The notes: generated by a model not told the origin, from the sequence alone. 64,000 bases of DNA from Deltaproteobacteria bacterium (GCA_052390235.1 JBQTHB010000005.1:64001-128000), one strand, 5' to 3'; positions 10,664 through 20,556 are shown, counted from the first letter of the stretch. Numbers and translations: made by a program.

Positions 10664-12784
10664 ATGAACAGAGAACTGTTACTTGAAATAGGAACTGAGG
10701 AGATACCGGCGGGCTTTATTGACCCTGCGCTGGCCTCGCTCATGGAAATAGCCAAGAGGGAGTTTCGGGAAAATTCCATCTCCCACGGAGAGATCCGCGT
10801 ATTCGGCGCTCCGAGAAGGCTCACCCTTCTCGCGCGGGACATCCCCGATAAGCAGAGAGACAGAACCGTGGAGGCGCTAGGGCCGCCCAAGCGTATAGCG
10901 TTTGATGCCGAGGGAGCGCCCACGAAAGCGGCTCTAGGATTTCTCAAGGCTCAGGGGGCGGAGCTTGGCGATTTAGTCGTGGTGAAGCACGAAAAAGGAG
11001 AGCTTCTCGCCGTGAGACGAGAAATCAAGGGGGCGAGAACGGCGGAAATTCTGCGCGAGCTTCTGCCGAAGATAATCCTCTCGATTCCCTTTAGGAAATC
11101 CATGAGATGGGCGGCAGGCGATGTGGCGTTTGCGAGGCCCATGAAGTGGATTCTCGCCCTCTTCGGAGGCAAAACCGTGCCGTTCGAGATAGAAGGGCTT
11201 GCGAGCGGCAACCGAACCGAGGGACACCGCTTTATGTCCCCAAAACCGAGGCGAGTTGCGAATTGGGAGGAGTACGCAGGGGAGCTTGAAAGGGGATTCG
11301 TCGTGCTTGACCAAGCCAGAAGGCGAAGGCTCATAGAAGAGGGAATTGAGGCGAAGGCGGCCGAGGGGGGAGGATTTGCGCTTGCCGACGGGGAGCTCGT
11401 CGCTACGGTTACTCATTTAGTAGAATATCCAGTCGCGCTAATGGGAAATTTCCACGAGGACTTTCTCAAATTGCCCAAAGAAGCCCTCGTTAGCGTGATG
11501 AAAAATCACCAGAAATACTTTCCCGTTCTCTCAAACGACGGCTCCCTCCTCCCGCACTTTGTTTTCATCTGCGGCGCTCCGGTTGAAAACCCGCAAATCG
11601 TCATAAACGGTAACGAGCGGGTGATAAGGGCGAGATTCACAGACGCAAAGTTCTTTTTCGAGGAGGACACAAAAACCCCGCTCGCCGAGAAAGCGCATAA
11701 ACTGCGCGGCATGGTTTTTCTCTCTGAAATAGGCACTTACCGAGACAAAACCGAGAGAATGGAATGTATCGCCGAATTCATAGGGCGGCGGCTCGGCTTC
11801 GGCGACGGCGAAATAGCCGATGTAAAGCGGGCGGCGGGGCTTTCCAAAGCAGACCTCGCCACTCAGATGGTGTTCGAGTTCCCAGAGCTTCAGGGGACCA
11901 TGGGCAAATACTACGCCCGATGCTCTGGGGAATCGGAGGAAGTGGCGGCGGCTATTGAAGAGCAGTATATGCCGTCCTCGCGCGAGGGAAGGCTACCCAA
12001 AAGCGATTTTGGGGCGGCGCTCAGCATCACGGATAAAACCGACACCATCTGCGCCTGTTTCATATCCGGGCTCATTCCGACGGGAGCATCCGACCCCTAC
12101 GCCCTTAGGCGCGGCGCAATAGGAATTATAAATATTCTCCTCGACCGGGAATACCGCCTGAATCTGCGCGAGGTTTTCGGCGCGGGGCTTAATCAAATCT
12201 GGACGCAGCTCCATAGGACGAAGCCCGATTTTCCCGCCCCCGGCAGGGACAAATCTCCCAATCCCCTGCTTGAGCAGATTGCAGATTTCATCATCGAGAG
12301 GTTTAAGAATATTCTCATCTCCGAGGGGTTTGCCCAGGACGTTATCGAAGCCGTAATCTCGGCCGAAGGGGACGAGGCAGGATGCGATTTGGTCGAATCC
12401 AAGAGGAAAATCCAGTCGCTCGGCGAATTTCGCGAGGCGGCGGATTTCACCCCTCTCGCTATGGCATTCAAGCGCGTGGTCAATATCGCCAAAGGGCAGA
12501 CTAAGGCGCGGGTACGGCGGGAGCTATTCGCGGATACGGTGGAGGGGGAACTTTACAAATCCTACACACGGGCGAAGGCGGCAGTGGAACAAAATATCGC
12601 GATGCGCAAATACCCGGAAGCCTTAGCCGAGATGAAAACCCTCAAAGATCCCGTGGACAGGTTCTTCGAGACCGTCCTTGTGATGGACAAGAACGAGGAT
12701 ATCCGGGAAAATCGCCTCTCGATGCTCCTTGAGATTCGGGATTTGTTCTTTAAAATCGCCGACTTCTCGAAAATAAGCGCGTAA
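10664..12784 (+). CDS. glyS: glycine-tRNA ligase beta subunit
   Basis: LLLEIGTEEIP, EFPELQG and DPYALRR; follows glyQ. Confidence 0.97.
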   Translation: MNRELLLEIGTEEIPAGFIDPALASLMEIAKREFRENSISHGEIRVFGAPRRLTLLARDIPDKQRDRTVEALGPPKRIAFDAEGAPTKAALGFLKAQGAELGDLVVVKHEKGELLAVRREIKGARTAEILRELLPKIILSIPFRKSMRWAAGDVAFARPMKWILALFGGKTVPFEIEGLASGNRTEGHRFMSPKPRRVANWEEYAGELERGFVVLDQARRRRLIEEGIEAKAAEGGGFALADGELVATVTHLVEYPVALMGNFHEDFLKLPKEALVSVMKNHQKYFPVLSNDGSLLPHFVFICGAPVENPQIVINGNERVIRARFTDAKFFFEEDTKTPLAEKAHKLRGMVFLSEIGTYRDKTERMECIAEFIGRRLGFGDGEIADVKRAAGLSKADLATQMVFEFPELQGTMGKYYARCSGESEEVAAAIEEQYMPSSREGRLPKSDFGAALSITDKTDTICACFISGLIPTGASDPYALRRGAIGIINILLDREYRLNLREVFGAGLNQIWTQLHRTKPDFPAPGRDKSPNPLLEQIADFIIERFKNILISEGFAQDVIEAVISAEGDEAGCDLVESKRKIQSLGEFREAADFTPLAMAFKRVVNIAKGQTKARVRRELFADTVEGELYKSYTRAKAAVEQNIAMRKYPEALAEMKTLKDPVDRFFETVLVMDKNEDIRENRLSMLLEIRDLFFKIADFSKISA

Positions 12785-12844
12785 TCACGCGACTCAATAC
12801 ACCCTAATTTATCACTGCATCCACAAAAGTAGCGTCCGAGCGCC

Positions 12845-14425
12845 CTAAGTCGCATAGGACGATGCCCTGACCTCTCTGACGACGGTAATTTTTATCTGCC
12901 CAGGATAGGCGACCTCGCGCTCGATTTTCTTGGCTATCTCGTTGGACAGAAGCACCGACTCCTCGTCGTTCACTTTACTGCTCTCGACAATTACCCTCAC
13001 CTCGCGCCCAGCTTGAATGGCATAGCACTTCTCCACGCCGCGGAACGAGCTTCCGATTCTCTCTATGTCCTCGATTCTCTTGACATAAGCCTCGTACATC
13101 TCCCGCCTCGCCCCCGGTCTTGCCGCCGAGATAGCGTCTGCCGCCTGCACCAGCACCGCCCATATAAGCTGCGGCTGCGGGTCGTGATACTTCGACACGG
13201 ACTCTATGACCTCCCAAGGCTCTCCGTATTTTCTGACGATTTCCGCGCCGATTTCTACGTGCGAACCTTCAATTTCGTGGTCGAGCGCCTTGCCGATGTC
13301 GTGCAGAAGCCCAATTCTGCGGGCGAGCTTGGTGTTGAGTCCCAGTTCCGCCGCTATGACGCCGCAGATGAACGAGACCTCCATCGAGTGGCTCAGGATG
13401 TTTTGAGAGTAGCTGCTGCGGTACTTCAATTTCCCGACGAGTTTTACAAGCTCCGTGTGCATCCCGTGAGCGCCGATGTCGAAGACGGCTTCCTCTCCAG
13501 TTTTTTGTATCTCTTTTTCGATTTCCTGCTCGACCTCGGCGACCACCTCTTCAATTCTCGCCGGATGAATCCTGCCGTCTCCGATGAGACGCTCCAGAGC
13601 GACCTTTGCGACCTCTCTGCGTATAGGATTGAGCGAGGAGATAACGACCGTGCCAGGGGTGTCGTCAATAATGATGTCCACTCCGGTTCTGGACTCGATG
13701 GAGCGGATGTTGCGCCCCTCGCGCCCGATGATGCGCCCTTTCATGTCATCGCTTGGGAGATTCACCACGGAGATGGTCTTCTCGCTCGTGTACTGTCCCG
13801 CGTATTTTTGAATTGCAAGGGCGATAATGTCCTTTGCGCGGCGCTCGGAAGTCTCGTGAAGCTCGTCTTCGATGAGTTTTAGTTTTTTGGCGGAGTCGTG
13901 CCTCGCCTCGTTCTCGACGATGCTCACAAGCTCCCTTTTCGCCGCCTCCTGTGTCATACCGGCAATCTCTTCTATTTTCCTCTTCGCCTCCTCTACTATG
14001 GCGTCAAGCTCCCGCTGTTTCTCTTCGGCGGTTCGGTCTTTTGCGGCGACGTCCCTTTCCTTGTGGGAGAGGTCGGATTCCCGCTTTTCGAGGGTTTCGT
14101 ACTTTCTATCCAGAGCCTCCTCGCGGTTCTGGAGCTTTCTCTCGGTTTTTGAAAACTCTCTCTGCCGCTCCCGGAGCTCGTTTTGCTTCTCTCTGGCATC
14201 GCGCTCGATTTCCCCCTTCGCCCTTTCCAGAGCCTCTTTTGCGCGAAGCTCTCCTTCAACCTTGATTTTATCGGATTCCTTTTTGGCTATCTGAATTATG
14301 CTCTCAGCCTCTCCCATCTTAAGCTCGAGATTTTTCTTGTCTATTTTGGTCATAAAAAGAAAGTGTCCGATAACCCCTATCGCAACTCCGAACACGGTCG
14401 CAAGCATTATCCATATCACGGTCAT
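12845..14425 (-). CDS. rny: ribonuclease Y
   Basis: N-terminal TM helix, coiled coil, KH domain (KGRIIGREGRNI) and HD domain (LLHDIGK); ATG at 14425 with GGAGG RBS. Confidence 0.96.
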   Translation of the reverse strand: MTVIWIMLATVFGVAIGVIGHFLFMTKIDKKNLELKMGEAESIIQIAKKESDKIKVEGELRAKEALERAKGEIERDAREKQNELRERQREFSKTERKLQNREEALDRKYETLEKRESDLSHKERDVAAKDRTAEEKQRELDAIVEEAKRKIEEIAGMTQEAAKRELVSIVENEARHDSAKKLKLIEDELHETSERRAKDIIALAIQKYAGQYTSEKTISVVNLPSDDMKGRIIGREGRNIRSIESRTGVDIIIDDTPGTVVISSLNPIRREVAKVALERLIGDGRIHPARIEEVVAEVEQEIEKEIQKTGEEAVFDIGAHGMHTELVKLVGKLKYRSSYSQNILSHSMEVSFICGVIAAELGLNTKLARRIGLLHDIGKALDHEIEGSHVEIGAEIVRKYGEPWEVIESVSKYHDPQPQLIWAVLVQAADAISAARPGARREMYEAYVKRIEDIERIGSSFRGVEKCYAIQAGREVRVIVESSKVNDEESVLLSNEIAKKIEREVAYPGQIKITVVREVRASSYAT

Positions 14426-15108
14426 TTCATCCTCCTTTGAAAGCAGAAAATTGTACGGGATTCCGTAATCAGGCATCCCACAGGGGCATCCCAAGGCTCT
14501 GGCGGGAGAGGGGCGAGAAGCTGAAAATCGTAAATCAGCGAGACCCTGCGCTCCCGGGCAACATTGCCCAACGCTCGGTCATAGTATCCCCCTCCGTAAC
14601 CCACCCTAGTGCCGGACTGGTCAAAGGCAACCCCCGGGACTATGACAATATCTAGGGATTGACCGGGGATAGGGGGCGAGTCTCGAGGCGGCTCAGGGAT
14701 TTGAAATTTCCCCGGCGCAAGCTCGGACAAATCGCTTATCTTGGCAAATATAAGGGATGAGCCTTCGACACGCGGGAAATATATATCTTTTCCCATGCGC
14801 CTTGACCTCTCAAAGACGGCTTCGGTTCGCGCCTCGTTTTTTACCGGGCAATAGAGGGCGATGGTCTTTGCCCGAACGTAACTCTCAAGGGCGAAGAGGG
14901 CCTCGCAGATTTTCTCGCTTTTTTGATTTACTTCCTCGGGGCTTAGGGCAAGCCTGCGTTGAAGCAAACCGGAGCGTATGGATTTTTTATGCTCTCCGCC
15001 CTGTTCATGAGCCTCGTCCGAGCCGGAGAATTCCAGCCCTGAGCGGTGTTTAGTACTTTGAAGGGTCGCTCCAACCGTACTTGGGCTGAGGGTCGCCTCT
15101 GGTTTCAC
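14422..15108 (-). CDS. ygfA: 5-formyltetrahydrofolate cyclo-ligase (start uncertain: GTG 15183, GTG 15108 or CTG 15036)
   Basis: IPEP and VIVPGVAFD...RVGYGGGYYDR; conserved zapA-ygfA-rny order. Confidence 0.9.
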   Translation of the reverse strand: MKPEATLSPSTVGATLQSTKHRSGLEFSGSDEAHEQGGEHKKSIRSGLLQRRLALSPEEVNQKSEKICEALFALESYVRAKTIALYCPVKNEARTEAVFERSRRMGKDIYFPRVEGSSLIFAKISDLSELAPGKFQIPEPPRDSPPIPGQSLDIVIVPGVAFDQSGTRVGYGGGYYDRALGNVARERRVSLIYDFQLLAPLPPEPWDAPVGCLITESRTIFCFQRRMK

Positions 15109-15200
15109 CCTGAGTACCAAAGGCTTGAGATGGCTCTCTGCCTTCCAGTAGGTCGAGTAGCGTTTTTGATCTGTCTTCAGCACGATATTGAAACTCCTCG
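15019..15200 (-). ncRNA. candidate 6S-like rod-shaped RNA overlapping the zapA 3' end
   Basis: Occupies the usual ssrS position between zapA and ygfA; hand-folded closing stem, A-rich bubble and terminal stem over about 180 nt; no primary-sequence match recognised. Confidence 0.3.
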
Positions 15201-15406
15201 AACTCTCTTTTTAACCTAAAATACTCGTCGGCTATCTTGAGCGTTGCGAGGAGAAGAGGGTAAGGCAGGGAAACAGAGCCGAGTTGAGGATCCACTTCCT
15301 TTACTTTTTCTTCCAAGTAAGCGGCTATATTTGTTATATAATCTTCATCGGCGTCGGTTTTTACAAAATACTCGTTGTTTAAAACGTTTATTTTTACTCG
15401 TCTCAA
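15050..15406 (-). CDS. zapA: cell division protein ZapA
   Basis: VKINVLNNEYFVK...IAAYLEEKV...LLATLKIADEY followed by a coiled coil; synteny. Confidence 0.85.
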   Translation of the reverse strand: MRRVKINVLNNEYFVKTDADEDYITNIAAYLEEKVKEVDPQLGSVSLPYPLLLATLKIADEYFRLKREFEEFQYRAEDRSKTLLDLLEGREPSQAFGTQGETRGDPQPKYGWSDPSKY

Positions 15407-15411
15407 CTTTG

Positions 15412-15621
15412 TTATGCCTCTGATCTGGATAGATAAAGCTCAATTTTTTCGATAATTCTCTTTATTGTCTCTCTAGCCTCTTCTCTCTCTAGCTCTAGTT
15501 CTCTTAAGCTCTCGCTGAGTTTCGCAACCTCTCCAGCGAGACTATTGCGTTCAGCCTCAAGAATCGCCTTCGTTGATAACGTCTCTTTGATTCTCGATTC
15601 AAGAATATCCATTATTTTCAT
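15412..15621 (-). CDS. small coiled-coil protein, ZapB-like
   Basis: 69 aa heptad pattern directly upstream of zapA. Confidence 0.65.
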   Translation of the reverse strand: MKIMDILESRIKETLSTKAILEAERNSLAGEVAKLSESLRELELEREEARETIKRIIEKIELYLSRSEA

Positions 15622-15689
15622 GACGTTACTGCGACAAGTTTAATCTTATCTTGAAATCTTTGCAAGATGTGTAATGATAATTGCCTAAA

Positions 15690-16763
15690 ATGGCGCAAAT
15701 AGGCATACTCAAAAGACTCGACGAAGTAGAGAAAAAATACGAAGACCTGGAGCGCACCCTGAGCGCGCCCGATTTATCCCCCGCTGAAATCCACCGCTAC
15801 TCAAAAGAGCGCTCCGATAGAAGCGAAGTTGTCGAAAACTACAGGGAGTTCAAAAAAACCCTCGAAGACATAGAGCAGAACAAAGCCCTCGCCGCCGACA
15901 AAGAACTCGCCGAGCTTGCCCGCGAGGAGGTCGCCGCACTCGAACAAAAACTCGCCGAAATCGAGAAAAGGCTCGAACTCCTGCTCCTTCCCAAGGACCC
16001 GAACGACGGCAAAAACGTCGTCCTCGAGATACGCGGGGGAACCGGAGGGGACGAAGCCGCCCTATTTGCCGCAGACCTGTTCCGAATGTACTCGCGCTAC
16101 GCCGAGCGCAACGGCTGGAAGGTGGAAATCATGGAACTGAGCGAAACCGGCGTGGGCGGTCTTAAAGAGGTAATTCTCTCGATAGACGGCAAGAGGGTCT
16201 ATAGCAGGCTCAAATACGAGGGCGGAGTACACAGGGTACAGAGAATCCCCGCAACCGAGGCCGGAGGCAGAATCCATACATCCACCGCAACGGTCGCTGT
16301 GCTTGCCGAAGCCGACGACGTTGAGGTGATGATTGACGATAAGGATCTGCGCATTGACACTTTCCGCGCGGGGGGCAAAGGCGGCCAGCACGTGAACAAA
16401 ACGGACTCTGCCATCAGAATAACCCACATCCCAAGCGGCATCGTCGTTAGCTGTCAAAACGAGCGCTCTCAGCACCAAAACCGTATGCTAGGCATGAAAA
16501 TTCTGCGCGCGAAACTCTACGAACTCGAAGAAGAAAAACGGGCAAGCCAAATCTCAAACGCCCGACGAAGCATGGTGGGCGGCGGCGAGCGAAGCGAGAA
16601 GATACGCACCTATAACTTCCCCCAAGGGCGCATCACAGACCACAGAATCGGATTTACCGCGCATAAAATAGAGTTCATCCTCGACGGAGACCTCGAAGAA
16701 CTCATTGACGCGCTGACAAATTACTACCAAAGCGAGAGGCTCAAGCAAGCCGTAGAGCTTTAA
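15690..16763 (+). CDS. prfA: peptide chain release factor 1
   Basis: PAT anticodon-mimic motif (VQRIPATEAGGRIHTS), GGQ and RTYNFPQGR. Confidence 0.97.
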   Translation: MAQIGILKRLDEVEKKYEDLERTLSAPDLSPAEIHRYSKERSDRSEVVENYREFKKTLEDIEQNKALAADKELAELAREEVAALEQKLAEIEKRLELLLLPKDPNDGKNVVLEIRGGTGGDEAALFAADLFRMYSRYAERNGWKVEIMELSETGVGGLKEVILSIDGKRVYSRLKYEGGVHRVQRIPATEAGGRIHTSTATVAVLAEADDVEVMIDDKDLRIDTFRAGGKGGQHVNKTDSAIRITHIPSGIVVSCQNERSQHQNRMLGMKILRAKLYELEEEKRASQISNARRSMVGGGERSEKIRTYNFPQGRITDHRIGFTAHKIEFILDGDLEELIDALTNYYQSERLKQAVEL

Positions 16764-16879
16764 CATCCGGGCAGTCGCGGTGGGAGGGGGGCGTCCGTTT
16801 GTCCGCTCATCCTCTGGATGACTAACCGAGGCGGCGTGGGGAATTTGTAATTCCACAGCGGTTTAATACAATATAAAGC

Positions 16880-17698
16880 ATGTTTTGGCACTGGATAATT
16901 GCCTCTTGCTATCTCGCCTCTTCGATTTTCTACTTCGCCCATTTATGGATTCAAAACCCCAGGGTTTCGGTCTGGGGAACGCGCGCAGTTATCCTCGGGG
17001 CGGCGCTTCATACGGCAAGCCTCATAGCCATATTCAAGAGTGGAAACCCGATAGCGGGCGGGTTCGATAGCTCGCTTTATTTCTTCTCCTGGTTCATCGC
17101 GCTCGTCTACATAGCGTCTCAGCTCAAATTCAGGACAAACACCCTTGGGGCGTTCGCCGCGCCGCTTGTCCTTTTTATGACCCTGCCCTCCCTAATTCTG
17201 CCTCAGGGGATTATCGAGCATGACCCCTCGCTTAGAAACCCTTGGATTCTGACCCACATCGCTCTGATGTTTCTGGGAGAGGCTCTTTTCACCTTCGCGT
17301 TTATTGCAAGCGCGCTCTATATATTTCAGGAGAGCCGGATAAAGTCCAAACGCATGGGAAATTTCCTCATGAAACTCCCATCGCTTACCTCGCTCGATAA
17401 CCTAAGCCACCTGTGCCTTCTCATCGGATTCCCCGTGCTTACGGCGGGGCTTGTCCTCGGCGTTATATCGGCAAAGGAAATTTGGGGCGAGCTTTGGCAT
17501 TGGGGACACAAAGAAACGTGGTCAATGATTACGTGGTTTCTATACGCCGCGCTGATTCACGGCAGGCTTGCCGCGGGCTGGAGGGGCAGAAAATCAGCCA
17601 TCGGGGCGGCAGTGGGGTTTGCGGTTATACTTTTTACGTTTTTCATTATCGGCTATCTCGCGCCGGGAAGGCACAATTTTTTCCTTGGGGCATATTAA
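16880..17698 (+). CDS. ccsA: cytochrome c biogenesis protein, CcsA/HemX family
   Basis: Multi-TM protein with WWD-like segment WGELWHWGHKETWSMITW, conserved His residues and GWRGRK. Confidence 0.85.
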   Translation: MFWHWIIASCYLASSIFYFAHLWIQNPRVSVWGTRAVILGAALHTASLIAIFKSGNPIAGGFDSSLYFFSWFIALVYIASQLKFRTNTLGAFAAPLVLFMTLPSLILPQGIIEHDPSLRNPWILTHIALMFLGEALFTFAFIASALYIFQESRIKSKRMGNFLMKLPSLTSLDNLSHLCLLIGFPVLTAGLVLGVISAKEIWGELWHWGHKETWSMITWFLYAALIHGRLAAGWRGRKSAIGAAVGFAVILFTFFIIGYLAPGRHNFFLGAY

Positions 17699-17751
17699 GG
17701 GCTTAAATTATGAGCGGCTGGTTATATCCTCGCATTATTCTCCAGCTCAAG

Positions 17752-18864
17752 TTATTTAAGTTGAATTATTCTCCCATTGCGCACGGATAAAATCAGAGGA
17801 TTAGGGGAAATCTCCAGCCCCCCGCCTGCGCCTCTGGTAACGGTAAACCGTCCGCCTCCTGCCGCCGCCGAGAGCCGCTCGATGATCTGGCTTGCGTCCT
17901 GAAGTGGTTCTCTTAACGCCTCAAGCGCCAATTTTGCCGCTTCATAGATTTGATACTCCAAAAATCCGGGCTTTTCCCCGAACTCGGCTTTAAACTTGGC
18001 GCTGAAATTAACCCATTCGGGAGTCGAGGGAGAGAAAAAATCGGTAAATATTATTTTCTTATTCCTCCCGCCGGAGGATTTTAAAAATGCCTGGCTGTTC
18101 CACGTGTTAGGCCCGAGAAACAGCAGATTATCCAGCGGCAGAGTCTTTTCTACCGCCGCTATTATCTCCCCCGAACGTGTAGCGCCGTCGGGTATGAAAA
18201 CCGCATCGGGACGGAGCGAGCGTATCCACTCAATCTCTGTTGAGATGCCGCCCGGAGCGGATACGTAAGAGCCGTCGTAAATCACCTCGCCGCCCAATAA
18301 AACCACAGACTTCGTAAAGGACTCTTTAAATAACTGGCTGATGCGGTTCTGCGGGGCTATCACTGCAAACCTCTTAACGCCCAAATCCCGAACCGAATAG
18401 TTGGCAAGGGCGGCGGCCTGCCTCTCAAGGGAGTAGAAAAACTTTATTAAATAGGGATTGTCGCCCAAACCCTCCTCGGAAATGGGAAAAACCAGCGTAG
18501 GCACTTTGAGGGACTCGGCAATTTTAGCTACCTCGTCAATGGAGACCACCGGCGGCGGGCCAATTATAAGCGACACTCTATCGCGGCTAACCAGCTCTTC
18601 AAAGGATTTCCTAAGCCCTTCGGTGTCCCCTGCGACGTCCTTGAGGGAGAGTTGAAATCCCTCGGCGGCATTAAAGACGTTTGTAGCCAAAAGGACTCCG
18701 CGCAGGGCTTTTCTGCCCACCATTTCATACTCGCCGCTTAATGGAAAGAGGCATCCCAGAGAGGCGGGTTTTATTTGCGGCTTGTCAATCTGCCCCGGCT
18801 CTTGGCAGAATGCCACTGCCGAGAATAAAACGAGCAATACGAAAAATATTGAAATGCACTGCAA
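17752..18864 (-). CDS. periplasmic type I substrate-binding / LpoA-like protein
   Basis: Signal peptide, LGCLFPLSG, IIGP, DAVFIPD and LLFLGPNTWN. Confidence 0.75.
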   Translation of the reverse strand: MQCISIFFVLLVLFSAVAFCQEPGQIDKPQIKPASLGCLFPLSGEYEMVGRKALRGVLLATNVFNAAEGFQLSLKDVAGDTEGLRKSFEELVSRDRVSLIIGPPPVVSIDEVAKIAESLKVPTLVFPISEEGLGDNPYLIKFFYSLERQAAALANYSVRDLGVKRFAVIAPQNRISQLFKESFTKSVVLLGGEVIYDGSYVSAPGGISTEIEWIRSLRPDAVFIPDGATRSGEIIAAVEKTLPLDNLLFLGPNTWNSQAFLKSSGGRNKKIIFTDFFSPSTPEWVNFSAKFKAEFGEKPGFLEYQIYEAAKLALEALREPLQDASQIIERLSAAAGGGRFTVTRGAGGGLEISPNPLILSVRNGRIIQLK

Positions 18865-19057
18865 CTTCGGCTTCTCCTCGTATAAATTAATTCATGCCCC
18901 GGACGGCGGCGCACTCGTGGGAGATTATAACACACCGAAGGGGTTTATCCGATAACTCGAGCTATCGGGCGCCGAGAGAGCCTCATTTCTCTTCGCTTTG
19001 GCTATGTTAATACAATATGAATTTTCCTAATATGCCGAAACAATTAGATATTTTATT

Positions 19058-19109
19058 TTCGCAAATGCGAAGAAAAACCCTTGACAACTCTATTCGCAAA
19101 TATTATATT
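19058..19109 (+). promoter_or_regulatory. sigma70-type promoter of the phasin/pha operon with a palindromic operator
   Basis: TTGACA (19081-86), 17 nt spacer, TATATT (19104-09); perfect palindrome TTCGCA-AA-TGCGAA at 19058-71; half site TTCGCAAAT inside the spacer. Confidence 0.7.
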
Positions 19110-19144
19110 ACTCCTCAGCAAATACACTTTAGGAGGCAAATAAA

Positions 19145-19546
19145 ATGGCAGATATAAGAAAAGACATTAAGGTCGAGGACGTTACAGAGTTCTTCAAAGA
19201 CCTAAGCGGCTTGGTGAAAGAGAACTATCTCCTCACGCTCGACGCCTACCTCTCGGTTTGGGAGGAGAACCAGAAATTCGCCAACGCCCAGCTTGAGCAG
19301 TTCTACTCCTTTCAGAGAGAATACGCGGAGCAGGTAAAGACGAACTTCGAAAAACTCCCGAAACAGGTATCCGAGGTTTACACCAATAGCGGAGTTGACC
19401 GTATCGCCGCCGCTCAGAAGGAATACGTAAATCTCGTAAAGAGCGTATCCGATAAATTCACAAAGAGCTCGCTTGCCCTTAGCCAGAAATTGGCTGAAAA
19501 GGCGTTTTCGGCGTTCGACGAGCAGCTTAAGACGCTTAAGTATTAA
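19145..19546 (+). CDS. phasin-like PHA granule protein
   Basis: 133 aa amphipathic helical protein, AGGAGG RBS, first gene of the pha cluster. Confidence 0.65.
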   Translation: MADIRKDIKVEDVTEFFKDLSGLVKENYLLTLDAYLSVWEENQKFANAQLEQFYSFQREYAEQVKTNFEKLPKQVSEVYTNSGVDRIAAAQKEYVNLVKSVSDKFTKSSLALSQKLAEKAFSAFDEQLKTLKY

Positions 19547-19642
19547 TCCCTCATCGGGTAAACTAACATGGAGATGTGCTGGAACCAGGGCATATCTCCC
19601 GATGTTAGACCATCGGATTTCTCCTGAGGAGGCTGTTTGGCT

Positions 19643-20023
19643 ATGGGTACGAAAGATAAAGAGACAGAGTATTTCAGTTATTTTAGAAATCTCTATGAAT
19701 CTTGGGAAAAATCCACGTCTCACGCCCTTGAGTTATGGCTGAAAAGCCCTATATTCAACAACCGGATGGAAAAAGCGGTTGAAAAGTCCACTGAGTTCAG
19801 AAGCTATATGCAGGACGTAATGGAGAAGACGCTTAAATATAAAGTCCTTCCGAGCAGTACGGATATAGGCAAAATCGCCGACTCTCTCGATGCCCTGAAA
19901 GAGAGGCTTGCCGAGCTTGAAGAGAAAATATCCGAACTCGAATGGGGCGAAGAGCCTCCTCAAAGACCGAAGGCAGAGAAAGTAAAAACAAAGAGTAAGT
20001 CCGCTAACAAGGAGAGAAAATAA
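19643..20023 (+). CDS. short PhaE-like PHA synthase subunit (paralogue 1)
   Basis: YESWEK...WLKSP motif, LPSSTDIGKIADSLDALKERL coiled coil and basic tail; upstream of phaC. Confidence 0.65.
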   Translation: MGTKDKETEYFSYFRNLYESWEKSTSHALELWLKSPIFNNRMEKAVEKSTEFRSYMQDVMEKTLKYKVLPSSTDIGKIADSLDALKERLAELEEKISELEWGEEPPQRPKAEKVKTKSKSANKERK

Positions 20024-20025
20024 CT

Positions 20026-20487
20026 ATGAGTGAGCAAAAATTCGACTACACTGAGAATTACAAAAAGTTCTACGAGTCTTGGCAGAAGACCATGTCCGAA
20101 GCCGTTGAGACGTGGATGAAAAGCCCGTTTCTAAATAATCCCGCCGATGGGGGAGCGGCAAAGCCCTCGGAATTCGACCCGGTGGCGCAGTACAAGAAAT
20201 TCTACGAAACCTGGGAGAAGACCACATCCGAAGCCATGGAGGCTTGGCTAAAGAGTCCGCTCTTTGCCGCCAGCATGGGAAAAGCCATCGAGAAATCCTC
20301 TGATGTTAAAAAATATCTCGACGAAGTCATGGAAAAGAGCCTCAAAAATATGCACTTCCCCACTAAAAACGACATTGACCGCGTCTTAGCCTCCATTAAC
20401 AACGTTGAAGCCAAAATCAACGACCTGTGGGATAAAGTTGAGGATTTAAAAAAGCAGAAGGCAAAATCTAGCCCCAATTCTAACTAA
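20026..20487 (+). CDS. phaE: short PhaE-like PHA synthase subunit (paralogue 2)
   Basis: Two YExW...WxKSP repeats, then FPTKNDIDRVLASINNVEAKI, typical of a PhaE or class IV PhaR C-terminus. Confidence 0.72.
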   Translation: MSEQKFDYTENYKKFYESWQKTMSEAVETWMKSPFLNNPADGGAAKPSEFDPVAQYKKFYETWEKTTSEAMEAWLKSPLFAASMGKAIEKSSDVKKYLDEVMEKSLKNMHFPTKNDIDRVLASINNVEAKINDLWDKVEDLKKQKAKSSPNSN

Positions 20488-20556
20488 TACCGAGAGTACG
20501 CAACGGCGGCTCTCTGCCGGGTGTTCATACCGTCAGAGGCGGCGCCGCGAGTATGT

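Noticed and set aside
13013..13882. Long antisense ORFs, such as 13013-13882, 992-1702 and 56293-57030
   Set aside because: They are shadows of well-supported genes on the opposite strand in GC-rich DNA.
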